From an uncultured Candidatus Saccharibacteria bacterium (GTDB lineage Bacteria > Patescibacteriota > UBA1384 > XYA2-FULL-43-10 > 1-14-0-10-43-13), in NCBI GenBank assembly GCA_964529405.1, contig CAZGWE010000005.1, positions 1 through 62,128 of the forward strand: 62,128 bases of DNA, written 5' to 3'. How positions within the stretch are numbered: the stretch's first letter is position 1; every line of letters begins with the position of its first letter. A program made the translations under genes and the position numbers. Positions 26,949-34,468 of this stretch are shown here, piece by piece. The notes beneath the pieces are model-generated. The model ran no database searches and was not told the origin of the DNA. It was given only the letters and a program-made list of their open reading frames with translations.

Positions 26949-27119
26949 AGTTACTCTCAAAGTGAAGCAAGTGGCAACGGTCCTTCTCCTGGATCAGCCG
27001 GCAGCAAGCTGGCCCTGGGGGGAGAAGCTAGATGAGGTAGAGAGATTCACGCCATCAAAAACGCCAACCGAGGGCATAAGGCACAGGTTGGAATCACGAT
27101 CAGAAAGAGAAACAGAAAA

Positions 27120-27404
27120 ATGGACAAGATCAAGCTAGTTGCTGCAATGAAAAAAATCGGAGGCTACAAAGCCATCCTAATCGACAAAGACGGGGCCAAA
27201 ACCCAGGTGATGATGGGTAGATGGAGCAATCGTCTTAGTGTCGATGGGCACATTATCAAAGATCTGCCCGAGTTTGACACCGTCCGGCTTTTTGACGGGT
27301 GGTATGACTGCCACACAGCAGAATGGACAGCGGAGGAAGTAGAACAACATTGGGATGGGCTACCGAAATACCTGCGTGAAAACGCAAAGGTGAATGGCTG
27401 GTAG
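27120..27404 (+). CDS. Hypothetical small W-rich protein (cargo A1)
   Basis: 94 aa, G+C-rich, downstream of promoter A and its leader. Confidence 0.5.
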   Translation: MDKIKLVAAMKKIGGYKAILIDKDGAKTQVMMGRWSNRLSVDGHIIKDLPEFDTVRLFDGWYDCHTAEWTAEEVEQHWDGLPKYLRENAKVNGW

Positions 27405-27537
27405 CAGCTCTTCCATCCTCCTCCCCGCCTAGTACCCACCAACTTACGCCCCTCAGACAGTGATCATTACCTTAACAGGTAATGATCTCCTCCGAGGGAA
27501 TCATTCCCTTGCACACAGACACGAAAGGAAAACAAAA

Positions 27538-27801
27538 ATGACCGCAACCATACTGATCCGCGCTATGAAAATGTTCGGTGCCAGGTATTGCCATCTGGTG
27601 GAAATTGATGGAAAAACAAGGGAAGAGTATGGGTTGGACTGGACAGGAGCGCTAGTAAGCCTACTTGGAAAAGGCACGCTTAGCGAGGGAGACGAGATCC
27701 CTCGGTATCCAATTGTAAAATTGTTCGGAGTGTCATTCCCTTATGGGGAGATCTGGCTATATGAGCAAGTAGAGGCACGAGCTCTAGAATCTTCCATGTA
27801 A
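27538..27801 (+). CDS. Hypothetical small protein (cargo A2, possible paralogue of A1)
   Basis: ATG 27538 after gaaaggaaaac. AMKMFGARYCHLVEIDGKT resembles AMKKIGGYKAILIDKDGAKT of A1. Confidence 0.45.
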   Translation: MTATILIRAMKMFGARYCHLVEIDGKTREEYGLDWTGALVSLLGKGTLSEGDEIPRYPIVKLFGVSFPYGEIWLYEQVEARALESSM

Positions 27802-27816
27802 GGAGATATGAACCGA

Positions 27817-27848
27817 AAGAGCCAATCCATAAGGAAAGGCTCTTTTTT
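27817..27848 (+). terminator. Rho-independent terminator of cargo A
   Basis: AAGAGCCaatccataaggaaaGGCTCTTtttt. Near-identical hairpin at 32263-32296. Confidence 0.75.
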
Positions 27849-27865
27849 AATTCCGATTCCATTCT

Positions 27866-28063
27866 TCAATCCTTCAAAAACACCATCGTGAGGATCCGCA
27901 GAAACTCTAGCTTCTCCTCCATCACTCTCAATCTGATTTTGCGCTGTTCAATTTTAGCCAACAAAAATTCATTGCCCTGAGATCTGATCTCCAGCCAGAC
28001 AATCCATCTCCTTAAGTCCTCCAGCTCGGCTTTTAGCTCAAAATAGCCGTCCATAATCACCAA
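27866..28063 (-). CDS. Hypothetical coiled-coil protein
   Basis: 65 aa, 6 nt downstream of 28069-28440. RKIRLRVMEEKLEFL resembles the C-terminus of its neighbour. Confidence 0.35.
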   Translation of the reverse strand: MVIMDGYFELKAELEDLRRWIVWLEIRSQGNEFLLAKIEQRKIRLRVMEEKLEFLRILTMVFLKD

Positions 28064-28068
28064 TAGTA

Positions 28069-28440
28069 TTAGTGCACCAATTTCAACTTCTCCTCCAGAA
28101 CCCTGACACGTTTCTTGAGCTTCTCGAGTTCAAACGCAATAGTATCGTCGTCCTTAATAGTCCGCTTCTCAAGACGGGCGATACCTGCTTTGATCTCGTT
28201 TATCTCCGACCTTATTAACAAAAAACCACCACTTATTCCTGTGATTTGGTTTTCGAGCCTTCGCTGGCCTTGCTCAAGATTTCCAGCCCTATCTTCAAGC
28301 CGTTCTTGGCCTTGCTCAAGCCGTTCTTGGCCTTGCTCAAGCCGTTCTTGGCCTTGTTTTAGTTCATCAAACTGGCCTTGAAATACATCAAATTGCTTCT
28401 GGATTGATATGGCCAAACTTTCAATCGTTACTTTTACCAT
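28069..28440 (-). CDS. Coiled-coil protein with QGQERLE tandem repeats
   Basis: 123 aa, SD agaaggaac. Three in-frame 21-bp repeats. Confidence 0.5.
   Translation of the reverse strand: MVKVTIESLAISIQKQFDVFQGQFDELKQGQERLEQGQERLEQGQERLEDRAGNLEQGQRRLENQITGISGGFLLIRSEINEIKAGIARLEKRTIKDDDTIAFELEKLKKRVRVLEEKLKLVH
28300..28356. repeat. 21-bp tandem repeat (x2.7), coding
   Basis: ccgttcttggccttgctcaag repeated. Encodes QGQERLE units. Confidence 0.9.
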
Positions 28441-28584
28441 TTTAGTTCCTTCTTGTTCTATGTTTCCATTCTATCACCGACCATATCGGCGCTGTCAATG
28501 GTCAATTTTAATTACTTGCGCGCTCTCCGACTCTCGCCCTCCTTGTCCCGCGAAGCCTTGGCAAAGCGGGATCACTCTCTCACA

Positions 28585-29349
28585 CTATCTTATCTCCTTC
28601 GGCTTCTTGGCAATCTCCCAAAGCAAATTAAACCTCTGCCGTTCGTCATATGCCAAGGCCGAACTTTCGATTACTGTGGCAAATGGATTACTTTCCGAGT
28701 GGGCGATATTGGCAATCGAATCGCCAAAGATAAAAGTGATTGTCCTGGGATCAAATTCCGGTCCTGGCACCAATCTTGTCTCCCGCAATTCGGGATCATC
28801 ATTTGATGCCAGTTCGCGATTAGGTTTATTATTTTCAAAAATAGCCCGGGCAAAAATTTTCTTCTTAGCCCGTTCGGCGATGAAAATTTTAAAATATTCC
28901 GAATAAGCAGTCTCGATCATATTTGTGCCAATAATCAATAATTCGCTGCCCTCCGGCTGATTCAGAACTAAGTTAAAGACCTGTTCTACGCCATGAGCAC
29001 CTTCATAAAGGCGTATTTTAGGTTTCTGGGCAGATTTACTACTTAAGGCGTCAAACTGAGCCAAACTTTGGCTAAACTGTTTTTTGCGCTGGTCAAAAGC
29101 CGCCAACAATTCTCGGGGATTTACAACCGAGTAGATCGTCCGCTTATTATCATTGGTTTTACTGGCATATCCCATTGACAATAAATCGTCGAGCACAACG
29201 TAACAGGTTGGCCGCTTTACGCCGCATTTTTGAGCAATGTCCCAAATAGAACTCGGCCCCAACTCCAAACAAGCCAAATAAACCTTGGCCTCATTTTCGC
29301 CCAAGCCGATCATGTTTAACGTTTGAATTAAATCTGTGTTTTGAGTCAT
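28585..29349 (-). CDS. TrmB-family transcriptional regulator (paralogue 2)
   Basis: LNMIGLGENEAKVYLACLELGPSSIWDIAQKCGVKRPTCYVVLDDLLSMGY. Confidence 0.8.
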   Translation of the reverse strand: MTQNTDLIQTLNMIGLGENEAKVYLACLELGPSSIWDIAQKCGVKRPTCYVVLDDLLSMGYASKTNDNKRTIYSVVNPRELLAAFDQRKKQFSQSLAQFDALSSKSAQKPKIRLYEGAHGVEQVFNLVLNQPEGSELLIIGTNMIETAYSEYFKIFIAERAKKKIFARAIFENNKPNRELASNDDPELRETRLVPGPEFDPRTITFIFGDSIANIAHSESNPFATVIESSALAYDERQRFNLLWEIAKKPKEIR

Positions 29350-29786
29350 CTGGTCCTCCCCTTGAAGCAGGGGAAGTTAGTGGGGGTATGGCCCCTCCCC
29401 CTAGTGTAAGGGGAGCTGGAGGGGGTATTCTCCCCCAACTCATTCGCGATTTTTTCCACTACCCCCTCTAAATTTTCGGTCACTTCTTTGTTTGTAAATC
29501 TAAGAACTATTATGTCCAGTCCACTCAACACTGTATCCCTTTCCCGGTCTTTTATTCTGCCACTCTCGGAATAATGCGAATCCCCATCGATCTCTATAGC
29601 CAAACGCTTGTTTGGGCAATAAAAATCAACAATAAAACTGTCAATGCTATACTGGCGACGAAACTTATATCCATTTAATTGACAATTCCTGATCTTCTGC
29701 CAAAGCTTTCTCTCCGGTTCCGTCATGTTGCCGCGTAGTATCTTGCGTTTTTCCTTTAGAATTTCCTTGTTGTAAGTTTGATCCAT
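29346..29786 (-). CDS. DUF559 (Vsr/MutH-like endonuclease fold) protein
   Basis: RGNMTEPERKLWQKIRNCQLNGYKFRRQYSIDSFIVDFYCPNKRLAIEIDGDSHY. The C-terminal 30 aa are translated from a hairpin repeat. Confidence 0.75.
   Translation of the reverse strand: MDQTYNKEILKEKRKILRGNMTEPERKLWQKIRNCQLNGYKFRRQYSIDSFIVDFYCPNKRLAIEIDGDSHYSESGRIKDRERDTVLSGLDIIVLRFTNKEVTENLEGVVEKIANELGENTPSSSPYTRGRGHTPTNFPCFKGRTR
29352..29386. repeat. Hairpin repeat flanking the DUF559 gene (left)
   Basis: ggtcctccccttgaagcaggggaagttagtggggg. Its reverse complement matches 29881-29914 with 2 mismatches in the core. Confidence 0.75.
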
Positions 29787-29880
29787 TTTGTCCTCGATGA
29801 GCCTACCCTCTACTGGTTCTCCTCCTAAGGTAGGAGGAGTCAGAGAAGGTATTTTATTTATTTCTACAATGCTCTCCTAC

Positions 29881-29914
29881 CTCCTCTAACTCCCCCTGCT
29901 TCAGGGGGAGGACC
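29881..29914. repeat. Hairpin repeat flanking the DUF559 gene (right)
   Basis: ctcctctaactccccctgcttcagggggaggacc. Confidence 0.75.
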
Positions 29915-30039
29915 TGTAGTCATATTTATTGACACTAATATATCACACTACTTGTCTGATTGTCAATAGTATGGTTATCTTACGATTGATATTAATACTA
30001 TTATATATGAACTGATAAATATTATTACTGTCATATCTA

Positions 30040-30068
30040 TTGACAAAAGACTTATCATATGCTATAAT
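30040..30068 (+). promoter_or_regulatory. Conserved consensus promoter, copy B
   Basis: TTGACA-17 nt-TATAAT (TGCTATAAT), followed by GGCCTGTTCACGATGAG. Confidence 0.75.
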
Positions 30069-30161
30069 GGCCTGTTCACGATGAGGAAGCGGTCACCCGC
30101 CAATCACCGTGAAAGCAAATAGCAATCACGCCATCAACAACGCTGGACGAAAGGCAAGAAG

Positions 30162-30617
30162 ATGAACTTCAATAACAAAACGATGGGGATTTTGGTTGTT
30201 GATTTGTCCTGCTGGTGCGACGAGATCGGATTCATACAATGCCGGATTGATGAAATAGCCAATCGTGTAAGAGAATTCAGAGCCGTCTACGGCCACAATA
30301 TCGATGACGAAGGGAACGATGAGTGGACACTCGTTTCAGTTAAGTGGTTCCCTCGCTGGTGTGATAACCTTCGCCCACTAGTTTTCTACATCAACAAGAC
30401 CAAGACTGGTGACCCAAGAGATTATTACAGGATCCACAAAGAAAACGGCGAGATTATCTGGGAAACAAGCCCTGGTGACCTGGCCGGTCCACGTTCTGAA
30501 TTTTATTTTGTTGAGTGGGCCGTCAAAGTCCACGAGTCCCGAATTGAGGAAGAGATCTTAGAAGTCTCGCTCGAGGAACTGAAAGACTGGGTGATACTCA
30601 GTCTGGGTGGTGTTTAA
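30162..30617 (+). CDS. Hypothetical W/C-rich protein (cargo B1)
   Basis: 151 aa, G+C-rich, downstream of promoter B. Confidence 0.5.
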   Translation: MNFNNKTMGILVVDLSCWCDEIGFIQCRIDEIANRVREFRAVYGHNIDDEGNDEWTLVSVKWFPRWCDNLRPLVFYINKTKTGDPRDYYRIHKENGEIIWETSPGDLAGPRSEFYFVEWAVKVHESRIEEEILEVSLEELKDWVILSLGGV

Positions 30618-30700
30618 TACAACTCCGGCCATCCTCGCGGATGGCCCCCTTTCCCTGCTGTTCGACCATGAACAGCAGAGAGTGAACGAGAGGAAGAAAG

Positions 30701-31054
30701 ATGCGATACATGACATGGAAGATATGCATGGTCAGGATCGTAAAGCCGAATCCCAAGAACGCTCCCCTGGCCATCGCGGTTCGATCGGCCATCCTACGAT
30801 ACGACGAAAACGAGTGCAAAGCATCGTTCGACAGCTTTGAGCTTACGCTGGACGACAACTCAGAATACGCCAATTGGTGTAACGAATGGCGCATGAAGTT
30901 GTCCGGCAAGCTCGATCTCGGAGCCGACGCGTCAAACGAATACGGCAGGTTCGTTTCGCTGACCGACGAGGCGGGCAAGATCGAGGTAGAATGCTTCTAC
31001 CACGAACCGCCGCGTTTCTTCAAGAAAGACGGCACCGACATCACCCCCGTCTAA
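30701..31054 (+). CDS. Hypothetical protein (cargo B2)
   Basis: 117 aa, SD gagaggaagaaagATG. Confidence 0.5.
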   Translation: MRYMTWKICMVRIVKPNPKNAPLAIAVRSAILRYDENECKASFDSFELTLDDNSEYANWCNEWRMKLSGKLDLGADASNEYGRFVSLTDEAGKIEVECFYHEPPRFFKKDGTDITPV

Positions 31055-31077
31055 CCCCGAGGAGCCGAAGCTAAACG

Positions 31078-31108
31078 GACACCAGTCCTAGTAAGCCGAG
31101 GCTCTTTT
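31078..31108. repeat. 31-nt direct repeat (left) bracketing the GHKL cassette
   Basis: gacaccagtcctagtaagccgaggctctttt. 30/31 identical to 32362-32392. Confidence 0.9.
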
Positions 31109-31121
31109 TCTATTCATCTTG

Positions 31122-31197
31122 TTGACAAGATTGTTGACAAGATTTTATTTCTACTTGACAAGATTGTTGACAAGATATATAATTTACATGACAAGAT
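31122..31197 (+). promoter_or_regulatory. Iterated TTGACAAGAT operator-like array overlapping a consensus promoter
   Basis: Five copies, at 31122, 31134, 31155, 31167 and 31188 (ATGACAAGAT). TTGACA 31155 -17 nt- TATAAT 31178. Confidence 0.7.
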
Positions 31198-31211
31198 TAA
31201 CGAAAGAGTAT

Positions 31212-32243
31212 ATGAATTTAGAAGAGAAAATAATCGAAATTGCCAGCAAGAAAAAGAAATTTAAAACCTCCGACATAGTCAAAGGACTGGGGGGTTCATT
31301 TTCGCGACAGTATATTAGCACAATAATTAATAATATGGCCAAAAAAGGGTTGCTGCTTCGTACCGGCAAAACAACTGGCACGTTCTATGCCCTGCCCGAG
31401 TACTCCGACTTTCTTCTCAACGGACACATAATGAAGAAATTTAAAAACGATGGGCTTAAGGAGCATGAAGTACTGCAAGAGATAGAGAGCCGGGCCACTT
31501 ATATCACAAAGCTAAAAGACAATGTTAGAAGTATTTTTACGTATGCTTTTTCTGAAATGCTTAATAATGCAATTGAGCACTCTAAGTCACCAGAAGCTCA
31601 AATTGAAGTTAGCCAAAACAAAGAAAGTTTTTCATTCATTGTTAAAGATACCGGCATTGGAGTATTTAAAAACATTATGCAAAAACGACACTTGAGTTCC
31701 GAGCTGGAAGCAATTCAGGACTTGCTTAAAGGCAAAACAACAACCGCTCCACATGCCCACTCCGGCGAAGGAATTTTTTTCACATCCAAAGCGGCTGATA
31801 TTTTCGTGTTGGAAAGTTTTGGCCACAGGCTAAGAATCGACAATATTATTAACGACATATTCGTTGAAGAACTTAAACCAAAAATGAAAGGTACCAAGGT
31901 TTTATTTTATATTAATCTCAATTCAAAAAGACACTTGAGCGATATATTCAAAGCTTATCAAACCGACCCAGAAGAGTACGCTTTTGATAAGACTGAGGTT
32001 AAAATAAGACTCTATACCATGGGCACCGTCTATATCTCCCGTTCGCAAGCCAGACGTGTGCTCTCTGGACTCGAAAAATTCAAGCATATAGTTATGGATT
32101 TCGACAAAGTCCCAACAGTCGGCCAAGCCTTCGCCGATGAGGTTTTCCGCGTCTTCAAAATCAAACACCCGGAAATCGTGATAGAACCAGTAAATATGAA
32201 TGAAACAACAGCTTTCATGGTTGGCAGAGTTGAGAAAGTTTAA
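31212..32243 (+). CDS. wHTH + GHKL ATPase (RsbW-like) + DUF4325 (STAS-like) fusion protein
   Basis: N-box SEMLNNAIEHS, G1 KDTGIGV, G2 SGEGIFF. C-terminal SRSQARRVLSGLEKFKHIVMDFDKVPTVGQAFADEVF resembles DUF4325. ATG 31212 follows gaaagag; the track start at 31119 translates the operator array. Confidence 0.7.
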   Translation: MNLEEKIIEIASKKKKFKTSDIVKGLGGSFSRQYISTIINNMAKKGLLLRTGKTTGTFYALPEYSDFLLNGHIMKKFKNDGLKEHEVLQEIESRATYITKLKDNVRSIFTYAFSEMLNNAIEHSKSPEAQIEVSQNKESFSFIVKDTGIGVFKNIMQKRHLSSELEAIQDLLKGKTTTAPHAHSGEGIFFTSKAADIFVLESFGHRLRIDNIINDIFVEELKPKMKGTKVLFYINLNSKRHLSDIFKAYQTDPEEYAFDKTEVKIRLYTMGTVYISRSQARRVLSGLEKFKHIVMDFDKVPTVGQAFADEVFRVFKIKHPEIVIEPVNMNETTAFMVGRVEKV

Positions 32244-32262
32244 AACCACAACGTTGTACACT

Positions 32263-32296
32263 AAAAGAGCCAATCCGAAAGAAAAGGCTCTTTTTT
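32263..32296 (+). terminator. Rho-independent terminator of the GHKL fusion gene
   Basis: AAAGAGCCaatccgaaagaaaaGGCTCTTTtttc. Confidence 0.75.
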
Positions 32297-32313
32297 CATT
32301 CACAATAATATTT

Positions 32314-32357
32314 AAATTCCAGATATAGTACGCGATCGCTGTGTATATCTGGAATTT
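32314..32357. repeat. Palindromic element with GCGATCGC core
   Basis: aaattccagatata-gtacgcgatcgctgtg-tatatctggaattt. Related to 41320-41359. Confidence 0.8.
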
Positions 32358-32361
32358 GACA

Positions 32362-32392
32362 GACACCAGTCCCAGTAAGCCGAGGCTCTTTT
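32362..32392. repeat. 31-nt direct repeat (right) bracketing the GHKL cassette
   Basis: gacaccagtcccagtaagccgaggctctttt. Confidence 0.9.
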
Positions 32393-32564
32393 CTTTTTGT
32401 GATTTTATTGTGCAAATCTAATAATTTCCCACTATTGACAATCTGGGACTTTGGAAGTAAGATCAGCTTACTAAATCGCCCTGTGAGGTTGTCGAGAGAT
32501 AACGTTTGCGGGGCCTTTTGTTTTCCAAATATTTCCAAATTTTATGTGATATAATGTTGCTATA

Positions 32565-32720
32565 ATGACTAAAGCGAGACAAAAAGAGCTGGAAAAAGCT
32601 CGTCAGAACGCGGTTAAAAATCCCCCAAGAGAGCTACGTAGCTTGATAATAAACACTTCGCGGTGCAAGAATAAGAAAAATACGCATCAGATACTGATGG
32701 AGATGCGATACGGTAAATAA
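32565..32720 (+). CDS. Putative small basic protein upstream of the PIN gene (candidate antitoxin)
   Basis: Not in the track (51 aa): MTKARQKELEKARQNAVKNPP...MRYGK. It ends 14 nt before the PIN start. Tandem extended -10 boxes lie immediately upstream. Confidence 0.35.
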   Translation: MTKARQKELEKARQNAVKNPPRELRSLIINTSRCKNKKNTHQILMEMRYGK

Positions 32721-32734
32721 CTGAGGGGATTTAA

Positions 32735-33136
32735 ATGAGACACTGCGTCTTACAAGATAGCAGTTTCTTAATAGCCACTCTAAACAATGATGACCTGTTT
32801 CATGCGGATGCTCTTTTTGTGTTCAAAAAGTTAATGGAATACAAAAGCAAGATCAAAATTATCATTCCCGCTCTTGTATTCTATGAGACCATCGTGACGC
32901 TTATCAAAAAAGGATCGCCCAGGGCTACCATTGAGAAAAAACTTTGGGACTTTCTTTATCATGACTCAGTTATAAACGTATCCTTGATTGAAACAGCGGC
33001 CTTTAAGGCTTGCCGAAGACTGTCTAACTGCCCCCTTGAAGACCTAAGGACACAGGATTTCATCATTGCAAATATTGGTATTGAATATGATGCTCAAATT
33101 CTGACCTTCGATAATAAAGATGAAAGAAAAAGTTAA
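32735..33136 (+). CDS. PIN-domain protein (VapC-like toxin)
   Basis: VLQDSSFLIATL, YETIVTL, TQDFIIANI, ILTFD acidic-residue pattern. SD gagggg. Confidence 0.7.
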   Translation: MRHCVLQDSSFLIATLNNDDLFHADALFVFKKLMEYKSKIKIIIPALVFYETIVTLIKKGSPRATIEKKLWDFLYHDSVINVSLIETAAFKACRRLSNCPLEDLRTQDFIIANIGIEYDAQILTFDNKDERKS

Positions 33137-33344
33137 ACAGGTATATCCATCAATTTACTATTGCTCCTCTAAAGACAACATGTCCGACGATACCGAATAT
33201 TTTCTGAAAGATTTCTATGAAGCAATCGACATAACAGATATTGATTTAAATGCAATTCCTTTCTGATAACAAAAAATGCCCTTGTCTTGCGACTTGGGCA
33301 TTTCTTCTAACATTTATTGTTCGAAGGCAATCGAGAACTATTTT

Positions 33345-33388
33345 GTGGATCCCCGGGTTCAGATCGGAGTCTGCCCCGAGGATGACAG
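33345..33388. repeat. Hairpin element (reverse orientation of the GTCATCC family)
   Basis: gtggatccccgggttcagatcggagtctgccccgaggatgacag. Confidence 0.65.
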
Positions 33389-33449
33389 AGGAGGGGTGGG
33401 CAAGATTCGTCGTTCGTTGTTAGTATTGTTCGTCGTCCATTTGTGATGA

Positions 33450-33947
33450 CTACTTCTTTATTCTGTCTCCGGCCATGGCAGCTGTTTTTTTATCAATTTC
33501 TTCCTCCTCGGCTTTTCTCTTAGCTTCTTCCTTGGCAGCCAATTCAGCCTTCTCGGCAGCAATTTTAGCTAGTTCCTCTTCTGCATCTTTTTCTTCCCAG
33601 ACTTTGACATCACGATTAAGCTCTTTCAGGCGGGCATGCTTGCCTGAAAGTTCGCGCATAAAGTAAAGTTTAGCGCGTCTAACTTTTGATTGTTTGATTC
33701 TTTCAACCTTCACGATTCTTGGAGAGTGGATCGGGAAAACACGCTCAACACCGACGCCGAACGACTCTTTTCGTACAGTGAAAGTGCCATCAAGACCTGT
33801 ACCGTGCTTGCAAGCAATGACTAACCCTTCAAAAACCTGGATACGTTCCTTGCCGGCTTCCTTAACTAAAAGGTGGACACGAACGGTGTCGCCAGGCTTC
33901 ACGGCTGGAGCATTTTTCTTTAAATATTTTGTAAGTATCTTTTCCAT
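33450..33947 (-). CDS. rplS: 50S ribosomal protein L19 with K/E-rich C-terminal extension
   Basis: [33 protein letters not shown]...[29 protein letters not shown]. Confidence 0.92.
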   Translation of the reverse strand: MEKILTKYLKKNAPAVKPGDTVRVHLLVKEAGKERIQVFEGLVIACKHGTGLDGTFTVRKESFGVGVERVFPIHSPRIVKVERIKQSKVRRAKLYFMRELSGKHARLKELNRDVKVWEEKDAEEELAKIAAEKAELAAKEEAKRKAEEEEIDKKTAAMAGDRIKK

Positions 33948-34063
33948 GATTTTCCAACGTATTACGAATTTACAAATTCAACGAAAGTACGAATTTTACG
34001 TATCTACAAATATTTGTAATATACGTAATTTCGATAGATTTGTAGATTTGTAGGAGATGTTGC

Positions 34064-34342
34064 CTATTTACTTACAACATGCACAAAAGTGCGCTTATCT
34101 TTGTTGCCATTGAAAGCTGTAATTCTTTTTTCTTGAAATTTAACGTTGCCGGAAGCTAAGGCATAAAGAGTGTCATCGTTACCGCGGCCGACGTTCAAAC
34201 CTGGATGATATTTTGTGCCGCGCTGACGGATGATAATACCACCGGCAGGCACAAATTGGTCACCAAAAATCTTGACGCCAAGCATCTTTGGTTGCGAATC
34301 TCGTCCTAATCTTGTACTACCGGCAGCTTTCTTGTGTGCCAC
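34064..34342 (-). CDS. rpmA: 50S ribosomal protein L27
   Basis: [52 protein letters not shown]. Confidence 0.95.
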   Translation of the reverse strand: MAHKKAAGSTRLGRDSQPKMLGVKIFGDQFVPAGGIIIRQRGTKYHPGLNVGRGNDDTLYALASGNVKFQEKRITAFNGNKDKRTFVHVVSK

Positions 34343-34358
34343 AATAACTCCTTCGGAG

Positions 34359-34468
34359 AATTTTCAATTCTCAATTTCCAATCAATTTTTAAATCAAAAT
34401 TTTAAAAAATTAAATTATTTAGATTTGATTGTAAAATTGAAAATTAAAAATTGCAAAATTTCAAAAAC
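34359..34468. repeat. AT-rich inverted-repeat element
   Basis: aattttcaattctcaatttccaatc...tttgattgtaaaattgaaaattaaaaattgcaaaattt. Shares tgtaaaattgaaaattaaaaattg with 50472-50588. Confidence 0.7.

Noticed and set aside
28300-28356. Tandem 21-bp repeats that could be mistaken for a mini CRISPR array.
   Set aside because: The units are contiguous with no spacers, lie in frame inside a coiled-coil ORF (QGQERLE repeats), and no cas genes are present.
31119-31211. N-terminal extension of the GHKL fusion ORF (MLTRLLTRFYFYLTRLLTRY...).
   Set aside because: It is the translation of the TTGACAAGAT operator/promoter array and would start upstream of the -35/-10. ATG 31212 with an SD is the plausible start.
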